Under the pieces are notes generated by a model, which worked only from the letters and a program-made list of their open reading frames with translations, had not been told where the DNA came from and made no database searches. This document shows, in pieces, positions 41,256 through 55,944 of a DNA stretch of 64,000 bases (position 1 is the first letter of the stretch; the number at the start of each line of letters is the position of its first letter). Source of the DNA: Vicugna vicugna (lineage: Eukaryota). The translations under genes and the position numbers were made by a program. The stretch is taken from the NCBI GenBank assembly GCA_013265495.1, contig MU058039.1:188591-252590 (forward strand), in the 5' to 3' direction.

Positions 41256-41351
41256 CTGGACAATGTCTCTTTAACACTTCTTCCTCCACCACCCATGGTT
41301 CTTCTTCTTGCTCCAACTTGAAAATCACATCAGGTTTGGTGAATGGACATC
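41256..41351 (-). CDS. ZNF569: ZNF569 KRAB-B exon (96 nt)
   Basis: Boundaries CTTTGACAG| ... |GTTAG. Encodes (G)CPFTKPDVIFKLEQEEEPWVVEEEVLKRHCP(G); phase 1-1. Not in the ORF track. Confidence 0.95.
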
Positions 41352-41407
41352 CTGTCAAAGGGAAGTGACATTAAGATCTGGGCATAAATACTAGGAACAA
41401 AGAATCA

Positions 41408-41890
<483 letters not shown>

Positions 41891-42149
41891 CTATAAAATA
41901 AATTTTACCTGGTTTTGTTACTGTCTTAACAAAAAAACATAATAGCAGCCTGTCAGTTTATGTTCATTCATTTAGTAAGCACATATCTTTAATACTGTGA
42001 GTTAAAGGGATCTTGGGTACCAATTTATACTGAATATAAAAAATGGGGGAAACAAAAGGAAGGCTCTCAGCAACCTGCCTAGTGTGTTGCTGGATTGGGA
42101 GAAGTCATACAATCTTAAGAATCCTGCCATAAGAGGGAGAGAGTAGAGT

Positions 42150-45100
42150 AGAGCAGGTTTATCCATAGAAGTTCTGAGAAGGTCTCAGAATCCATAGGGC
42201 TGATGGAAGATACTTTTCTCCTGAGGCAGTAAGCAAGGACTGGAGGAGGTGAATGCAGGTGAAGACAGCAATGCAAAACTTCAAGAAACATGAATAATCA
42301 AGGAAACATGATAGCACAAGAGGATCACAATAATCTTCCATAGCTGATCCAAAAGACATGGAGATTTTCAAGACATTCAATAAAGAATTCAAAATAGTTG
42401 TTTTAAGGATAATCAATGAACTACAAGAAAACAGAAATATAATTCAATCAAACCAAGAAAAATAATACACAAACAAAATGAAATGTTTAACAAAGAGATA
42501 GAAATTATAAAAAAGAATCAAAGAAAAATTCTGGGAAAAAAAAAGAAACAGCGTGGTAAATGTTAACTCTAACTTTGATGAAAATAAAGAATTACTGTTA
42601 AATTTTTTTAAAAAAAGAAATTCTGGAGCTGAAGAACACAGTGAATGAAATAAAAAATGCAAAAGAGAACATCAATAGGAGAATAGATCAAGCAGAAGAA
42701 AGAACCTCTGACTTAAAAGATCAGAATTTTGAATTATCCAGTCAAAGGAGAAGAAAGAATGAAAGAGTGAAGAAACCATACATGAATTATGGGGTTCCAT
42801 GACTTTAAAGAATATTCACATTCTGGGAGTCTCAAAATGTGAATAGAGAGAGAACAGAGGCACAAACTGTATTCAAAGAAGTAAAAGCTGAGGACTTCCC
42901 AAATCTGGAGAGAGATTTGGATACCCAAGTTCATGAAGCTCACAGGTCACCAAACTAAATATAAAGAGATCCTCTGCAAGACACTTTATAATGTCAAAAA
43001 TTAAAGCAAAGAAAGAATCTTAAAATTAGCAAGAAAAAAGCAGAAAATCCCCATTAGACTCAGTATGGATTTTTTAGCAGAAACTTTCTAAGCCAGGGGA
43101 GAATGGGATGATATATTCAAAGTATTGAAAGGAAAAAACTCTACAAAACATGAACACCCTATCCACCAAAGATGTCTGGAGAGATAAAGACTTTTTAAAC
43201 ACACACTGAGGATGTTCATCACTAGACCTACCTTACAAGAAATGCTAAACAGAGTTCATCAAGCTAAAATGAAAGGGTGCTAATTAATAGCATGAGAACA
43301 TATAAAAATATATAACACACTGATAAAGGCACATATAGAGTCAAATTCTAAAATCTCTAATACTGTAATATGGAGGTGTATTAACCACTTAACTCTAGTA
43401 TAAAGGTTAAATGACGAGAGTATTAAAAACTACAACTACAGTAATTTGTTAATGAAAACACAATTAAAAAGAGGTAAATTATGACAACTAAAATGTAAAA
43501 ATGGGGGAGGAGGAGTAAAAGGGTTGAGTTTTTCCATGCAGTCAAAGTTAAGTGATTATCAACATAACACAGGCTTATCTACAAGATGTTTTATTTAAGA
43601 TTCATGGTAACCACAAAATGGAACCTATAATAGATTCACAAACAAAAAAAAGAAGGGAATGGAAGCACACCACTATGGAAAATCATCAATTCACAAAGGA
43701 AGGCAGCAAGAGAAAGAAAAGTAAAAGGGAACTCCAATAAACCAGAAAAAAGTTACTAAGATGTCATAATAAGGCCTTACCTATCAATATTTAAATCCTC
43801 CAATCAAAAGGCACAGAGTGGCTGGATGGATTTGAAAAAAAAAATAACCATATGCTGCCTAAAAGGGACTCAATTCCACTTTAAGAACATACATAGTCTC
43901 AAAGGGAAGGAATAGCAAAAGATATTCATGCAAGTGGAAACCAAGAGACACCAGGATTAGCTATATTCATATCAGATGAAATACTTTAAATCAAAAACTA
44001 TAACAAGAGACAAAGAAAGGTGTTACATAATGATAAAGGGGACAATTTATCAAGAAGATATAACAATCATATATGTACTCAACATGAGAGTGCTTAAATA
44101 TATTAAGTAAATACTAACGATCTAAAGGGAGAAATAGACAGGAATGCAATAATAGTAGGGGATTTCAATACTCCACTTTTAACCATGGATAGATCATCCA
44201 AACAGAAAGTCAAACAGGGAAATGTTAGATTTGAACTACATTTTAGATCGTATGGCCCTAACAGACATCTACAGAATAAAGCACCCAAAAGCAGCAGTAT
44301 ACTCTTCTCAAGTATACAAAGAACATTCCTTAGGATAGATCATATGATAGGACACAAGAAAAGTCAGTTCATACCAAGTGTAATTTCTGACCACAATGGA
44401 ATAAAACTAGAAATCAATAAAAGGAGCAAAGCTGGAAAATTCTCAAATATAAGGAAATTAAACAACAAACTCCTGAAGAACCACTGAGTCAAAGAAGAAA
44501 TCACAAAGGAAATCAAAATATATCTTGAAACAAATGAAAATAGAAACACAACAAATCAAAACGCACAGATGTAGCAAAAGTAGTTACAAGAGTGATGAAT
44601 GCCTATATTAAGAAAAAAGAAAGCTCTCAAATAAACCATCTAATTTTACACTTAAGAAACTAGAAAAACAAGAATAAAACTAAGCCCGAAGTTAACAGAA
44701 GGAAGGAAATAATAAAGATCACAGCAGAAATAAGTGATATAGACCAGAAAAACAACAGAGAAGACCAATGAAATAAGACCTGATTTGGGGAAGGGAAAAA
44801 AAAAAAAAACCCACACACAAACCAAAAAGCAAAACAAACCCAGAAACAAAATTGACAAACCTTTAGCTCTACAAATAAAAAAAGTGAGAAGAGTCAAACA
44901 GAATCATAAATGAAAGAGATACTACAACTGATATCACAGATACAAAGGAGAGACTACTATGAACTATGCTAACAAAGTGGATAACCTAGAAGAAAAGGAT
45001 AAATCCTACCAAGACTGAATCATGAAGAAACAGAAAAGCAGACCAGACCAATATGAGTAAGGAGACTGAATTAGTAATCAAAATTTTCCAATAAAGAAAA

Positions 45101-46210
45101 TCCTCCTCTCCCTCCAAAAAAAAAGAAAAGCCCAAGACTAGATGGCTTCCCTGGTGAATTCTGCCAAATATTTAAAAATGAATTGATGCCAATCTTTCTC
45201 AAATTAAAAAAAAAAAAAAACACTGAAGTGGAGGGAACACTCCCAAGCTCATTTTTACAAGGCCAACATTACCCTGCTACCAAAGCCAGACAAGGACACT
45301 ACAAAAAAAGAAATCTAAAAAAACCAGTTATCTCTAATGAATACAGATGCAAAAATTTTCAACAAAATATTAGCAAACCAAATCCAACGAAACATTAAAA
45401 AAAATCATACATCATGATCAAGTTGGATTCATCCCAGGGTCACAAAGATGGTACAACATATGCAAATCAATCAATGTGATACACCACAGCAATAAAAGAA
45501 AAGACAAAAACACACGATCATCTCAATAGATGCAGAAAAAGCATTTGATAACATTCAACAACCATTTATCATAGAAACTCTTACCAAAGTGAAGAACACT
45601 CTAATTTGAAAAGATACATGCACCCCGATGTTCATAGCAGCACTATTTACAATAACCACGACATGAAAGCAACCTAAATGCCCACTGACAGATGACTGGA
45701 TAAAGAAGATGTGTGTGTGTGTATATATATATATACACACACACATTGTGTATATATATATATACACAATGGAGTATTACTCAACCCTAAAAAGAATGAA
45801 ATATTGCCATTTGCAGCAACAAGGACAGACCTAGAGAATACTAAGTGAAGTAAGTCAGACAGAGAAAGACAAATATTATATGGTATCACTTATATGTGGA
45901 ATCTAAAAAATAATACAAATGAATCTATACACAAAACAGAACCAGACTTATGGACATAGAAAACAAACTTACAGTTACCAAAGAGGGGATGGAGAAGGGG
46001 AGGGACAAATTAGGAGTATGGGATTAACTCATACAGACTACTATGCATAAAATAGATAAGCAACAAGGGTTTCTAGTATAGCACAGGGAATTATATTCAA
46101 TATCTTGTAATAACCTATAGTGAACAATAATCTGAAAAAAAATATGAATCACTTTGCTGTACACCTGAAACCAACACAATATTGTAAATCAACTATACTT
46201 CAATAAAAAA
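42150..46210 (+). mobile_element. L1 with ORF1, spacer, EN, start of RT, an internal gap and 3' UTR; antisense to ZNF569; inactive
   Basis: ORF1-like from ~42290; EN motif ATAGTAGGGGATTTCAATACTCCAC at ~44152; abrupt jump at ~45591 to the ORF2 C-terminus; ends CTTCAATAAAAAA. Confidence 0.9.
45712..45770. repeat. Two adjacent palindromic compound microsatellites
   Basis: (TG)5(TA)7(CA)5 at 45712-45745 and ATTGTG(TA)7CACAAT at 45745-45770. Confidence 0.9.
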
Positions 46211-48642
46211 TGTATCACTTTCATTAACCAAATTAATTCAAAAAGAAGAAAAATTATTTGATCAAGATCATATACATAAGAAAATTATTTGACACAACTA
46301 ATACCAATTCATAACAGACCCTCTTAGCAGGCTAGGAATAAAAGGAAATCTCTTTTATTTGAAAGCATATTAACAAAAAACTCACAAAATAATCATACTT
46401 AGTGGAGAATCATTCAAGGTATTACTCCTAAGACTAAGAACGAAACAGAGATGACTGCCACTATATTTACTCAGCATTACACTGAACATTTAGAACTTGA
46501 AATAATGCAAGAATAAAAGCAGCCATGGGAATTCAAAATGATGAAAACTGTATTTGCAGTTGATATATTTGTAAACATAATGCAATTCAATTCAAAACAA
46601 AAATCTCAGTAGTTTTAATTGTAGAAATTGACTAATTCTAAAATTTATAAGGAAATACAATTCACCATAAAGAGCTACAGCAATGTTGAAAAAGAACAAA
46701 GGTGGAGGATTTGTTTTCATTATCAAATACCAAGATTTATTATAATAAAGACAGGGTGATTAAGATAGAGTGCTACTGACAAGGAAAAACAAAACAAAGG
46801 AAAAAGACAAAGTCAGAAACACATATTCACATGAATATGTCTTGAAAACAATATGGAGTAAAGAAAAGTGAGTTGCAGAACTGTCAGTCCATTATGTTTC
46901 CAGTTACTTAGAAATCTAAAACACAGAGCAACATTATATAATATGTATATACACAAATTGCTGTGGTAAAAATATAAAACCATGGACTCTATTGATATAC
47001 ATAACATTCATGGGAGTGATTGCCTCTGGGGACAGAGTATCTGTAATCTAATTATTTATTGAAAAACAATCTCAAAGCAAAAATGACAAAATATTAAAAT
47101 ATGCTAATTCCAGGTACTGGGTATGTGGTTGTTTATTCTATTCCCTCTCTGTTCTTAGATTTTAAAATAATAAAAGGATGAGAGAAGACAGAGAAAGATG
47201 GAAGAAAAAGCAGTTCTTTACTGGTTCAATTTTGTGAACCCACTGACTTCAATTTTATTCTTACCAATTCCTTCTTCTATTTTCTCATGTTATTTCTAAT
47301 TTCTACAGCTCTATATTTTGTTCATTTTATTTATATTTATTAACATTATTATTCAGCCTGTAGGTTTTCTTCTGTGCATTACTTTCTTAGATGTTCTGTA
47401 ATGTAAATTTTTAATCTCTCTTGATCTGAATTGCTTATGCTAGTTTTAAAATTTCCATGTGGGACTGTCTTCTTTTTGAATTTTTATTATTAACTTCCTA
47501 TTTAATTGCATTGTGGAACATGCACAATTTGTACTTTTGAAATTTACTTTCATTCAGTCCTAATATATGGTCAGTCTTTTAGTTTTTCCACATCTAAAAA
47601 AGGGATATTGTTTCCAGGCTATAACATGACAATCAATTAGCTCTGTCAAATTGTTATTGGTAGTTATGTTTATTTTGTTGTCTACCTTATGTGTCTATCA
47701 TGAGCTAACACAGATCAATTAAAGTTTCCTATTGATACGTTTCTTCTTATTTTTCACAGTATTACAGTAAATTTTCTGCAGTTTATTTGGTATAGAAGTA
47801 GTCTTAACCATTTATCTCTATTATCTACTGCACTCTTCATTTTAAAGCACTGTTCTTTGTTTAAAGCTTACAGTCTTGAATTTTATCTTACCTGATATTA
47901 ATGAATAGCCTTTTCCCTTTTTAAAAAACTTTTAACAAATTTAAACTTTAATGAATCTTGGATGTTTTGATAGACTGAAAAACTGTATCTTCTCTAACAG
48001 AAAATTTTGCTTTTCTAATTATCATATACTACCTAGAATCCAGTTAATAGTTTGCAACTGGTAGTTAACTATTTCAGGTAACATTACCTATTCCATATTA
48101 GATTTATGTGTAATAACATAATATTCAGGAATTTTTGCTATTAACTTTTTCTATCCTGGTTAATGGCAACACTAACCACTTTTTTCCAAAAATAGAACTG
48201 TAATAATAAGTTTTCATTCCTACTTCTTCTCCAACACCTAGGTACAATGTATCAATAAGTTCATTTGATTCAGTCTTAGCAATACCTCCTAAATCCCAAC
48301 TCTTCTATTTCCACTACTTGTTAAAGCAATAGGACAAGAGAATTAATTAATCGAAACTTTTTTTGATAGCTCAAAGACTAATTTGAGGGTCTAATAGCCG
48401 TTGAAGTTTTCATTATGAATATTAACTGCCACTGAAGAGAATGAGAAAATAATTCTTAATTGAGCCCTGGAGTTATGGGTTTTTTAGCCAATAAGTTACT
48501 GAAATGTGCACAGCACTGGTTTAGAGCCTAAGGATGTAGCAGTAAGAACGATAAAAGTTCTGGTCCTCTTGGGATGTATATACTAGTTGGGGGAAATAAA
48601 TGAAAACATAAACAAGTGAATATGTAAGATAAAATAAGATAG

Positions 48643-48845
48643 TGCAATGGTTACTCTTATGTGTCAACTTGACTGGCTCACAAGTTGCCCAGACATTTGG
48701 CTGAACACTATGTGAGGGTACTTCTACATGACATTGATATCTGAATCAGTAAGCTGAGTAAAGCAAACTGTCCTCCCTAAAATTTGAATAGAACAGAAGG
48801 GCTGAGTGAGAGGGAACTGAGTCGGAACTTTAGTCTTTTCTCCTA
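48643..48845 (+). mobile_element. ERVL LTR fragment (MLT2-like) nested in an L2 relic (~48490-49260, -)
   Basis: TGCAATGGTTACTCTTATGTGTCAACTTGACTGG ... CTGAGTAAAGCA. Confidence 0.7.
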
Positions 48846-51834
48846 GTTTTAATAGCATGTTCAAAAGCCTCCAAGGAAGGGATAAACTCCATTGCAAGTG
48901 TGGAAAAAGCTGAAAGACAGTGAATGAGGGAGGGTGTAGCACAAGATAATGATAAAGACACAGGCAGAAGGCATACCATGAAGGGTTCTGTAAAGGACAG
49001 TAAGAAATCTGAATTTTATTCCAAGTGTAATGGGAAGCCATTAGGCGATTTTAAGTGGAGAAGTTAATGCCTCACATTTTAAAATCTTCACTTTGGTTGT
49101 TCTCTGGAGAATGGACTATAGTATAGATGGTCAAGAATGTATTCAGAGAGATTAACAAACAGTTACTGAAGTTCTTCCAGGTAAAAGATGATATGGCCTA
49201 GGTTACAACAAGATCCTTGGAAATGTTGACAAGTGATCAGTTCTGAGATATAATGAACTTTTTAAAAATGGGACTAATCTGATGATTATGTTTTAAAAAT
49301 CATTTTATTTGCATTTCATTAATAATGAGGGAGGCTAAGACCACACAGGATGGTGGTTAAGGTTACAGGCTTCACAGTTACACCACCTGGGACTAAATCC
49401 TGATTCTACTACACCTTTACCTATAACCTTAATTTTTCTGTGCTAATTTCCTAACTCGTGGGAAAAAAAAGAAAATATACTCCTTATGGAAACTACATAG
49501 GGTAATTCATGTAAAACTTTGATCAAACAACAGAAATTAGTTTTACTATTATTTGCGATTTTTATTGAGTATTTCTTCTTTTTGATTTTTCCAACTGTGG
49601 ATTTCTTTTTCATGTCCTATATGCAGTTTTCCACTGGATTATAATTTGGTTTATAAATATGTATTTAAATACCAGATTGGGACCGCCATAACTGTTACTG
49701 AAACTGTTGTCAAGTTTTGCCAATTTATATGATGATTGTATCAAAAAAGGAGAATGTAATTTTTATGTACTCATATTTAGTTAAGCTTCCCTTTTATTGC
49801 CTATGAGTTTGATATTATGCCAAAAAAAACCCAAGCTTTAGTAACTGTAGAAAATACATTCAAGATGGCTGTCCTGGAGTAACTCAGAATGCTAATATAC
49901 TGTTAAGAGTATAATTTTGGACAACCACTTTGGAAAACTATTTGGCAGTATCATAAAAGGTAACTTCTGACTTATCCATAAAAGCATAACTTATGATTCA
50001 GCAATTCTACTTTGGTAGAAAGAAATGTGCACATATGTGCAACAAAAATCTGTAAGAAAGTTCATAGGAACAATATTTTAATTATCTTCAAATAAAAACT
50101 ACCTAAATGCTAATCAGTAATAGAATGGATACCTAAAATTATGGTTTATTCACATAATTGAATGATATAAAGTAATGAGATTAACTAAACTGTAGCTACA
50201 TACAACAATTCGACATGAATCTGACAAAATATTAAGCAAAAGAAGCCAGACACAAAGTACATAGATCACATAAAGTTAAAACACAGACAGAAATGATCTA
50301 TGGTAATATAAACTGAACAGTGGTTACCCCTGGCATGGGGATAATGACTTGGAAAGGTGTAGGAGGAGTTTAATTGGTGTTAGGGTAAAGCTCTATTTCT
50401 TGATCCAGTGCTTCTGCTAGTTACACAGGTGTGTTAACTTTGAAAACTAACTCAGTTTGAGGAAAATACTAGAGATACAGAGATATTAGATAGGGGCACT
50501 TGGTCAAAGAAATACATTATCTATCTCAGTATAGCAAAGCTTTGAGCTAAGAGTGAAAAGGCAGTAAAGTGAGATCTGTTTAGCAGCTAAGAGAGCCAGA
50601 CAAAACTGAAAGAGAAAGATTCCAAAGGAAGTTTGAAGAAAAAGGATGAGGTTCTGAGGAAAAGGAAATATCCTTGAAGATAAGGCAGATTTTACTTATT
50701 CTGAGAATAAAATAAAGAGGTAAGGAACAATGGATTCAATTCATTAAAACCACAAATATTCACAAAAACTACATATACCAAGCCAATGCTCTAGGGGTTG
50801 GAGATACAGCAGCAAACCAAATAAAAGATACACTCTGTTCACATTCTAGTGGGCTAAAATTATAAGAATTTACCAGAAATGATTAGACTGTGGCCAAATC
50901 TATAGCAAATGCACATGGAAGAAAATAATTATATAGGGTCACCTGAAAGACATATTCCACCTATTTCTTCAGATATTCTAGGGCTTTTTTAAAAAGGAGG
51001 TATGACATGCATAGAATGTAGTAAAATGCACTCATTTTGAGTGTACAAATGAGACATTTTTATACATTTATGTATTTGTTTACCCACCACTTAGGTCAAA
51101 ATACAGAAGATTTTCAGCACACTAGGAGACTCCATCATGTCCCTTCCCAGTAAATACCTCCTCAGGGGTAACCACTATTCTCTCTCACAGAGATCAGTTT
51201 TCCCAGTTTTCAATTTTATATAAATGGAACCATACAGAATGTACTCTTGTATCTGGCTTCTCTCACTTCACGTTTGTGAATGTAACTATGCTGTTTAAGC
51301 AGCAGCAATCTGCTTTGCGTGTGTGGGGGGTGGGTGGTGAGGTGGGTAGTATCCCAGTGCGTGAAATAGTATAACTTACCTTTTTTTTTTCTCACTGATG
51401 TTCATTTGCGTTCTTTCCAATGCTGAGCTATTTTGACATATAATCTTTGCTTTGTTCTTGATCAAAGCAGTCCATCAGAAAAGCTGAGTTTATCAACTAC
51501 AGGAAGTCACACTATAATGTATTCACTGACCTAGGTGCCAATGTAAAACTTACTTCTGCTAATAAGTCTTCATTTTATCCTTATGTACAATGCAAATTAT
51601 GCATCTGCTTTACCTATAACAACAAAATTCAAAATTGAAGCCCAACTTTAATCTCTCTGAATGAATGCATAATCATATTTTAACTCTTTCTTGGTCTTAA
51701 TCTTCCAAATTTATTTCCTCTGAAACTATGTTTTATCTGTATAGGATTTTCCAGTTTACCATATGGATTACCGCAATACCCTTAAAGTGCACTGAAAATA
51801 AGGAAGGGAACAAATAACGTTCATTAAAACTTAC

Positions 51835-51849
51835 CTGGGAGTCAGTCAT
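51835..51849 (-). CDS. ZNF569: ZNF569 start-codon exon, coding part MTDSQ
   Basis: GAGGAA ATG ACT GAC TCC CAG|GTAAG, phase 0, joining KRAB-A. Candidate acceptors put the exon start at 51892 or 51878. Joined CDS is 15+127+96+1808 = 2046 nt = 681 aa plus stop. The recalled human N-terminus is MTESQ. Confidence 0.9.
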
Positions 51850-52661
51850 TTCCTCTTCTTTCTGGGAATGGACTGGGCCTGAGAAGGCAGAGCTGGAGAG
51901 GAGAATAAAAGCCATTAGACAAGTCTTGCTTTGTGGTTTCAGAAACCTGTACCACAAGGTAGACTAACAGTCACTCTATAGCAAAATGATGCTTGGATCA
52001 GAAAGGCCAAGAATATACATTCCCCAGAGGTGCTGACAGGTATAGAGATGACTACTATCATTATGTGGAGCTCAGGCATACGGTGGATAGGAAGGGGAGT
52101 ACATATGAAGGGGATGCCCCATGAATTTATTAATAGCTCTGTATCAGAGAAGAAGCAGTTCACATGAAGAAGCTTCATGAAAGCCAATCACAAAGAAGAT
52201 TATGGAACTGACAACACACCTAGGGTATTTTAGTGTACTGAGACATTTAAAAAGGAATATTTAAGTATAAACTAAATGGGAATTTAACTCAAATGGTGAC
52301 ATAATTATATTCTGAGGAAGACGTAAGGAGAAAAATGTGTGAGTGATGTGTATGAGATATTGACAGTGGTAAGAAAAAAAAAACCTACTCTCTCAGCAAC
52401 TTTCAAATAGTCAATAGTCTATCATTAACTATAGTCACCATGCTATACGTTGCATCCCCATGACTTTTAATTTCATAACTTGAAGTTTGTACTTTTTGAG
52501 CCCCTTCACTCTTTTCACCGCCCCCTTCCCTCTCCACCTCTCCCCTTCTTTGCTTTGAAGTTACTGACGGATATCCATTTGTTCAGTTTCTGAACTATTA
52601 TGCATACTTTCTGAAATGAGCTCTGATACCCTTAAAATACATGTAACAACTTGGGCATCTG

Positions 52662-52713
52662 TATCATTATCATTATCATCATCATCACCATCACCACCAC
52701 CACCACCATCATC
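52662..52713. repeat. (ATC)n/(ACC)n trinucleotide microsatellite
   Basis: Directly visible; it explains the GGGG/DDD run in ORF 52561-52794. Confidence 0.85.
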
Positions 52714-53387
52714 CCTGTTTGCTTGATTCCAAATTTTGCTAAAAACCTCAAAATTACTGAGAGCCCTACCGCTGGCTGCATTTCCCAAAAGCAATCCTCC
52801 ACATAGCTTGAGCTAGCTTACACACTGGCGAAATGGCTCCATGGTGGATAAATGAGTATTTTCTCTCCACTACCACCCCAACTTTTCCCTAATCTTCTCT
52901 CCACTATTCCCACATGTCCCTGGATTCCAGATCCTAACATCCCATTTGACAATACGTTTAAATCACATGATTGGGGATGACCATTTATAGCTACATGCCC
53001 TTCTTTAAAACCATAGTGCATTCACTCTCTTTCAAGTTACTGCATTATCATTTCCCTCTACAAGTAAATCATTTCCTGATTAGTGATAAGCTCCATCTTT
53101 CACTTGACCAAGGCTTTTCTTGTCTTTAAATAAGTCACATTCAGCACTACTTTATCCCTTGATTGGGACATCCCTCTATTTCTATCTGTCTTACTCCTGT
53201 ATCTCATGAGCTCACCCAACACGTGGCATTTATCATTTTGCAATAGCATTTTTAAATTTGTCTTTCCCCCTAGGACTGTGAATCACTTATGGCAGGGACC
53301 ACTTACATGGCTTCTTCATAGCCTAACACAGTAACTTACATTTGAAAGGGTACATAAAAGTTTGTGCAATGAGTTTAAAATAACTAC

Positions 53388-53826
53388 GACAAACCTAAAT
53401 AGACATTTCTCCAAAGAAGACATACAGATGGCCAACAAGCACAAGAAAAGATGCTCAATATTGCTAATTATCAAAGAAATGCAAATCAAAACTACAATGA
53501 GGTATCATCTTACACTGGACAGACGGTCCATTCATCAAAAAGTCTAATAACAGATGCTGGAGAGGGTGTGGAGAAATGGGAACCCTCCTACACTATTGGT
53601 GGGAGTATAAATTGGTGCAGCCACTATGGGAAACAGTATGAAGGTTCCTTAAAAAACTAAAAATAGAGCTACCATATGATCCATCAGTCCCACTTATGAG
53701 TACATATCTGGAAAAAATGAAAACTCTAATTCAAAAAAATACATGGACCTCAGTGTTTACAATAGTCCACGACATGGAAGCAACCTAAGTGTCCATCAAC
53801 AGATGAATGGATAAAGATGTGATGTG

Positions 53827-53863
<37 letters not shown>

Positions 53864-54470
53864 ACTAGAATATTATTCAGCCATTGAAAAGAATAAAGGA
53901 ATGCCATTTGCAGCAACATGAATGGACCTAGAGGTTACCATACTAGGTGAGGTTAAGTCAGACAGAGAAAGACAAATATTATATCATTCATATGTGGTAT
54001 CTAAAAAATAATACAAAAGAACTTATTTACAAAACAGAAACAGACTTACAGACATATAAAACAAACTTATGGTTACCAAAGAGGAATGGGGGGAGGGATT
54101 AATTGGGAGTATGGGATTAACAGATGCACACTACCATATATAAAATAAATAATGAGGGGATGGTATAGCTCAGCGGCACAGTGAGTGCTAAGCATGCATG
54201 AGGTCCTGGGTTCAGTCCCCAGTACCGCCATTAAGAAATAAATAAATAAAAGCCTAATTACCCACTCGCCCTAAAATAAAATAAAATAAACAACAAGAAT
54301 TTACTGTATAGCACAGGGAACTATATTCAATATCCTGTAATAAACTGTAATGGAAAAGGATAAAAAAAGAATACAGATATATACATATATATGTATAACT
54401 AAATCACTTTGCTGTACACCTGAAAAAGCCAGCAATACTGTAAATCAATTATACTTCAATAAAAATAAGT
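53388..54470 (+). mobile_element. 5'-truncated lineage L1 (ORF2 C-terminus plus 3' UTR) containing a (CA)n tract and a nested SINE
   Basis: ORF 53362-53547 contains [16 protein letters not shown]; (CA)n at ~53830-53864; ends CTTCAATAAAAA. Confidence 0.9.
54154..54280 (+). mobile_element. Vic-1-like tRNA-Ala SINE nested in an L1 3' UTR
   Basis: GGGGATGGTATAGCTCAG...GGTCCTGGGTTCAGTCCCCAGTACC. TSD ATAAAATAAA(T/C)AA. Confidence 0.88.
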
Positions 54471-55525
54471 AAAGTTCAAATTTTTCAAAAAATATTTATA
54501 TGGGAAAAAAGAGGAACGAAGACTCTCTGAAGAAACGAAAGATTTTACAGTTGGAGCAAGAAAACTACAAAAATGAGCTTAGAATATCTCATGCTGGAAA
54601 TTAAGGAAGTGCTCAAGAACTGATAGGGCCGTGTTAAAAGGATAAAGAAACTGGCTCAAAGAGGCTCCCACTGGCCAAACTGGGGACAAACTGAGTACGA
54701 AAGTATTTACAGTAACAGATTACTACCTATTGAATAAAATAGGAATCCGTGACCTCACCATGATATATAAATCAGTAGGGAGAAAGAAAAGTTCATCCTT
54801 TGCAGTTTAATGCCGACCAAAAAATGTAAAAGGAGTAATATAAATAGAAAATCAATTACCAACCTGAAAGTCGTTCAGACGAAAGCTGTCAATGGAGGCT
54901 AAGAATGGGTGAAGTTTCAGTAAGGAACAGGATTTCAAAACAATATTGGAACATTTCCCAACAGTTAAAAAGAAAAATAATTTTACAGTGAGGACATCAA
55001 CTTGACTAGATAATCAAGATTAATATCACTAGAGATGGGACAAACTGACATAATGAGAAAATCAAAGTTTGTCAGGAATGCGTGCCTGAGTCTGGGCACA
55101 AGCAAACATCCAATGGAATGAAGTTGAGAACCAGCCTACAGAATATAAGGCCTGTATTCTTTTCAGCTCTCAAGGACATGATAGGCAGAATGACCGAGGA
55201 ACTGTTCCAGATTGGAGGAGGCCAAAGAGACATGACAACTAAATGTAATGTATGAAGGAATCCTGGGCCTGAAAACTAAAAACGGTATTTTGGGGACATT
55301 TGGCAAAACTGAAATATGAATAGGTTCTTTGAATGCTAGTGTTTTATCAGTGTTGACTCCCTGACTTCTTGGGAGGTCCTTGTTTAGGGAAATACACAAT
55401 GGAGTATTTAGGGTGATGTAAGATTAGGCCTGAAGCTTGAAGTCAAATCGTTCAGAAAAGACTAATTAATTGTGTGTGTGTCTGTAAGAGAGAGACAGAG
55501 ACAGATATTAAAAGTTGGTGAATCT

Positions 55526-55725
55526 TTCTAAAGCTTTGGCAATGTTGGGAAGCCAAAGATGTGCTTTAGCTTGAATGACAGGTCAATTCCACTAAACTTG
55601 AAGGCTTGAAAAACAACTTACTGATTCACTGTGTTTGCAGGATTACAAAGATTTTTAGTATTTCTGTGCTAAAGATTTATTTAATATTTTATCATTTGAT
55701 TAAAGAAATCACATTCATATTCAAA
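55526..55725 (+). pseudogene. 200-bp processed retrocopy of an unidentified transcript 3' end
   Basis: Perfect 16-bp TSD AAAAGTTGGTGAATCT at 55510-55525 and 55726-55741. ATTAAA at 55699-55704, 18 nt before a short A run. Confidence 0.75.
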
Positions 55726-55944
55726 AAAAGTTGGTGAATCTAAGGCAACATGGGAGGTTTTTTGTACTATATTTGCAACTTTTCTGTGAGTTTGAAATTA
55801 TTCTGAGATTTTTTTTAATTAAAATTGCTAAGTGCTGATCGAACTCCAAAAAAAGAAAAAAGAATGCCTTCAGTGGACTCATCAGTAGACACAAAATGAC
55901 TGAGGAAACAGTGAACTTGAAGACAGATCAAGAGAAACTTCTCA

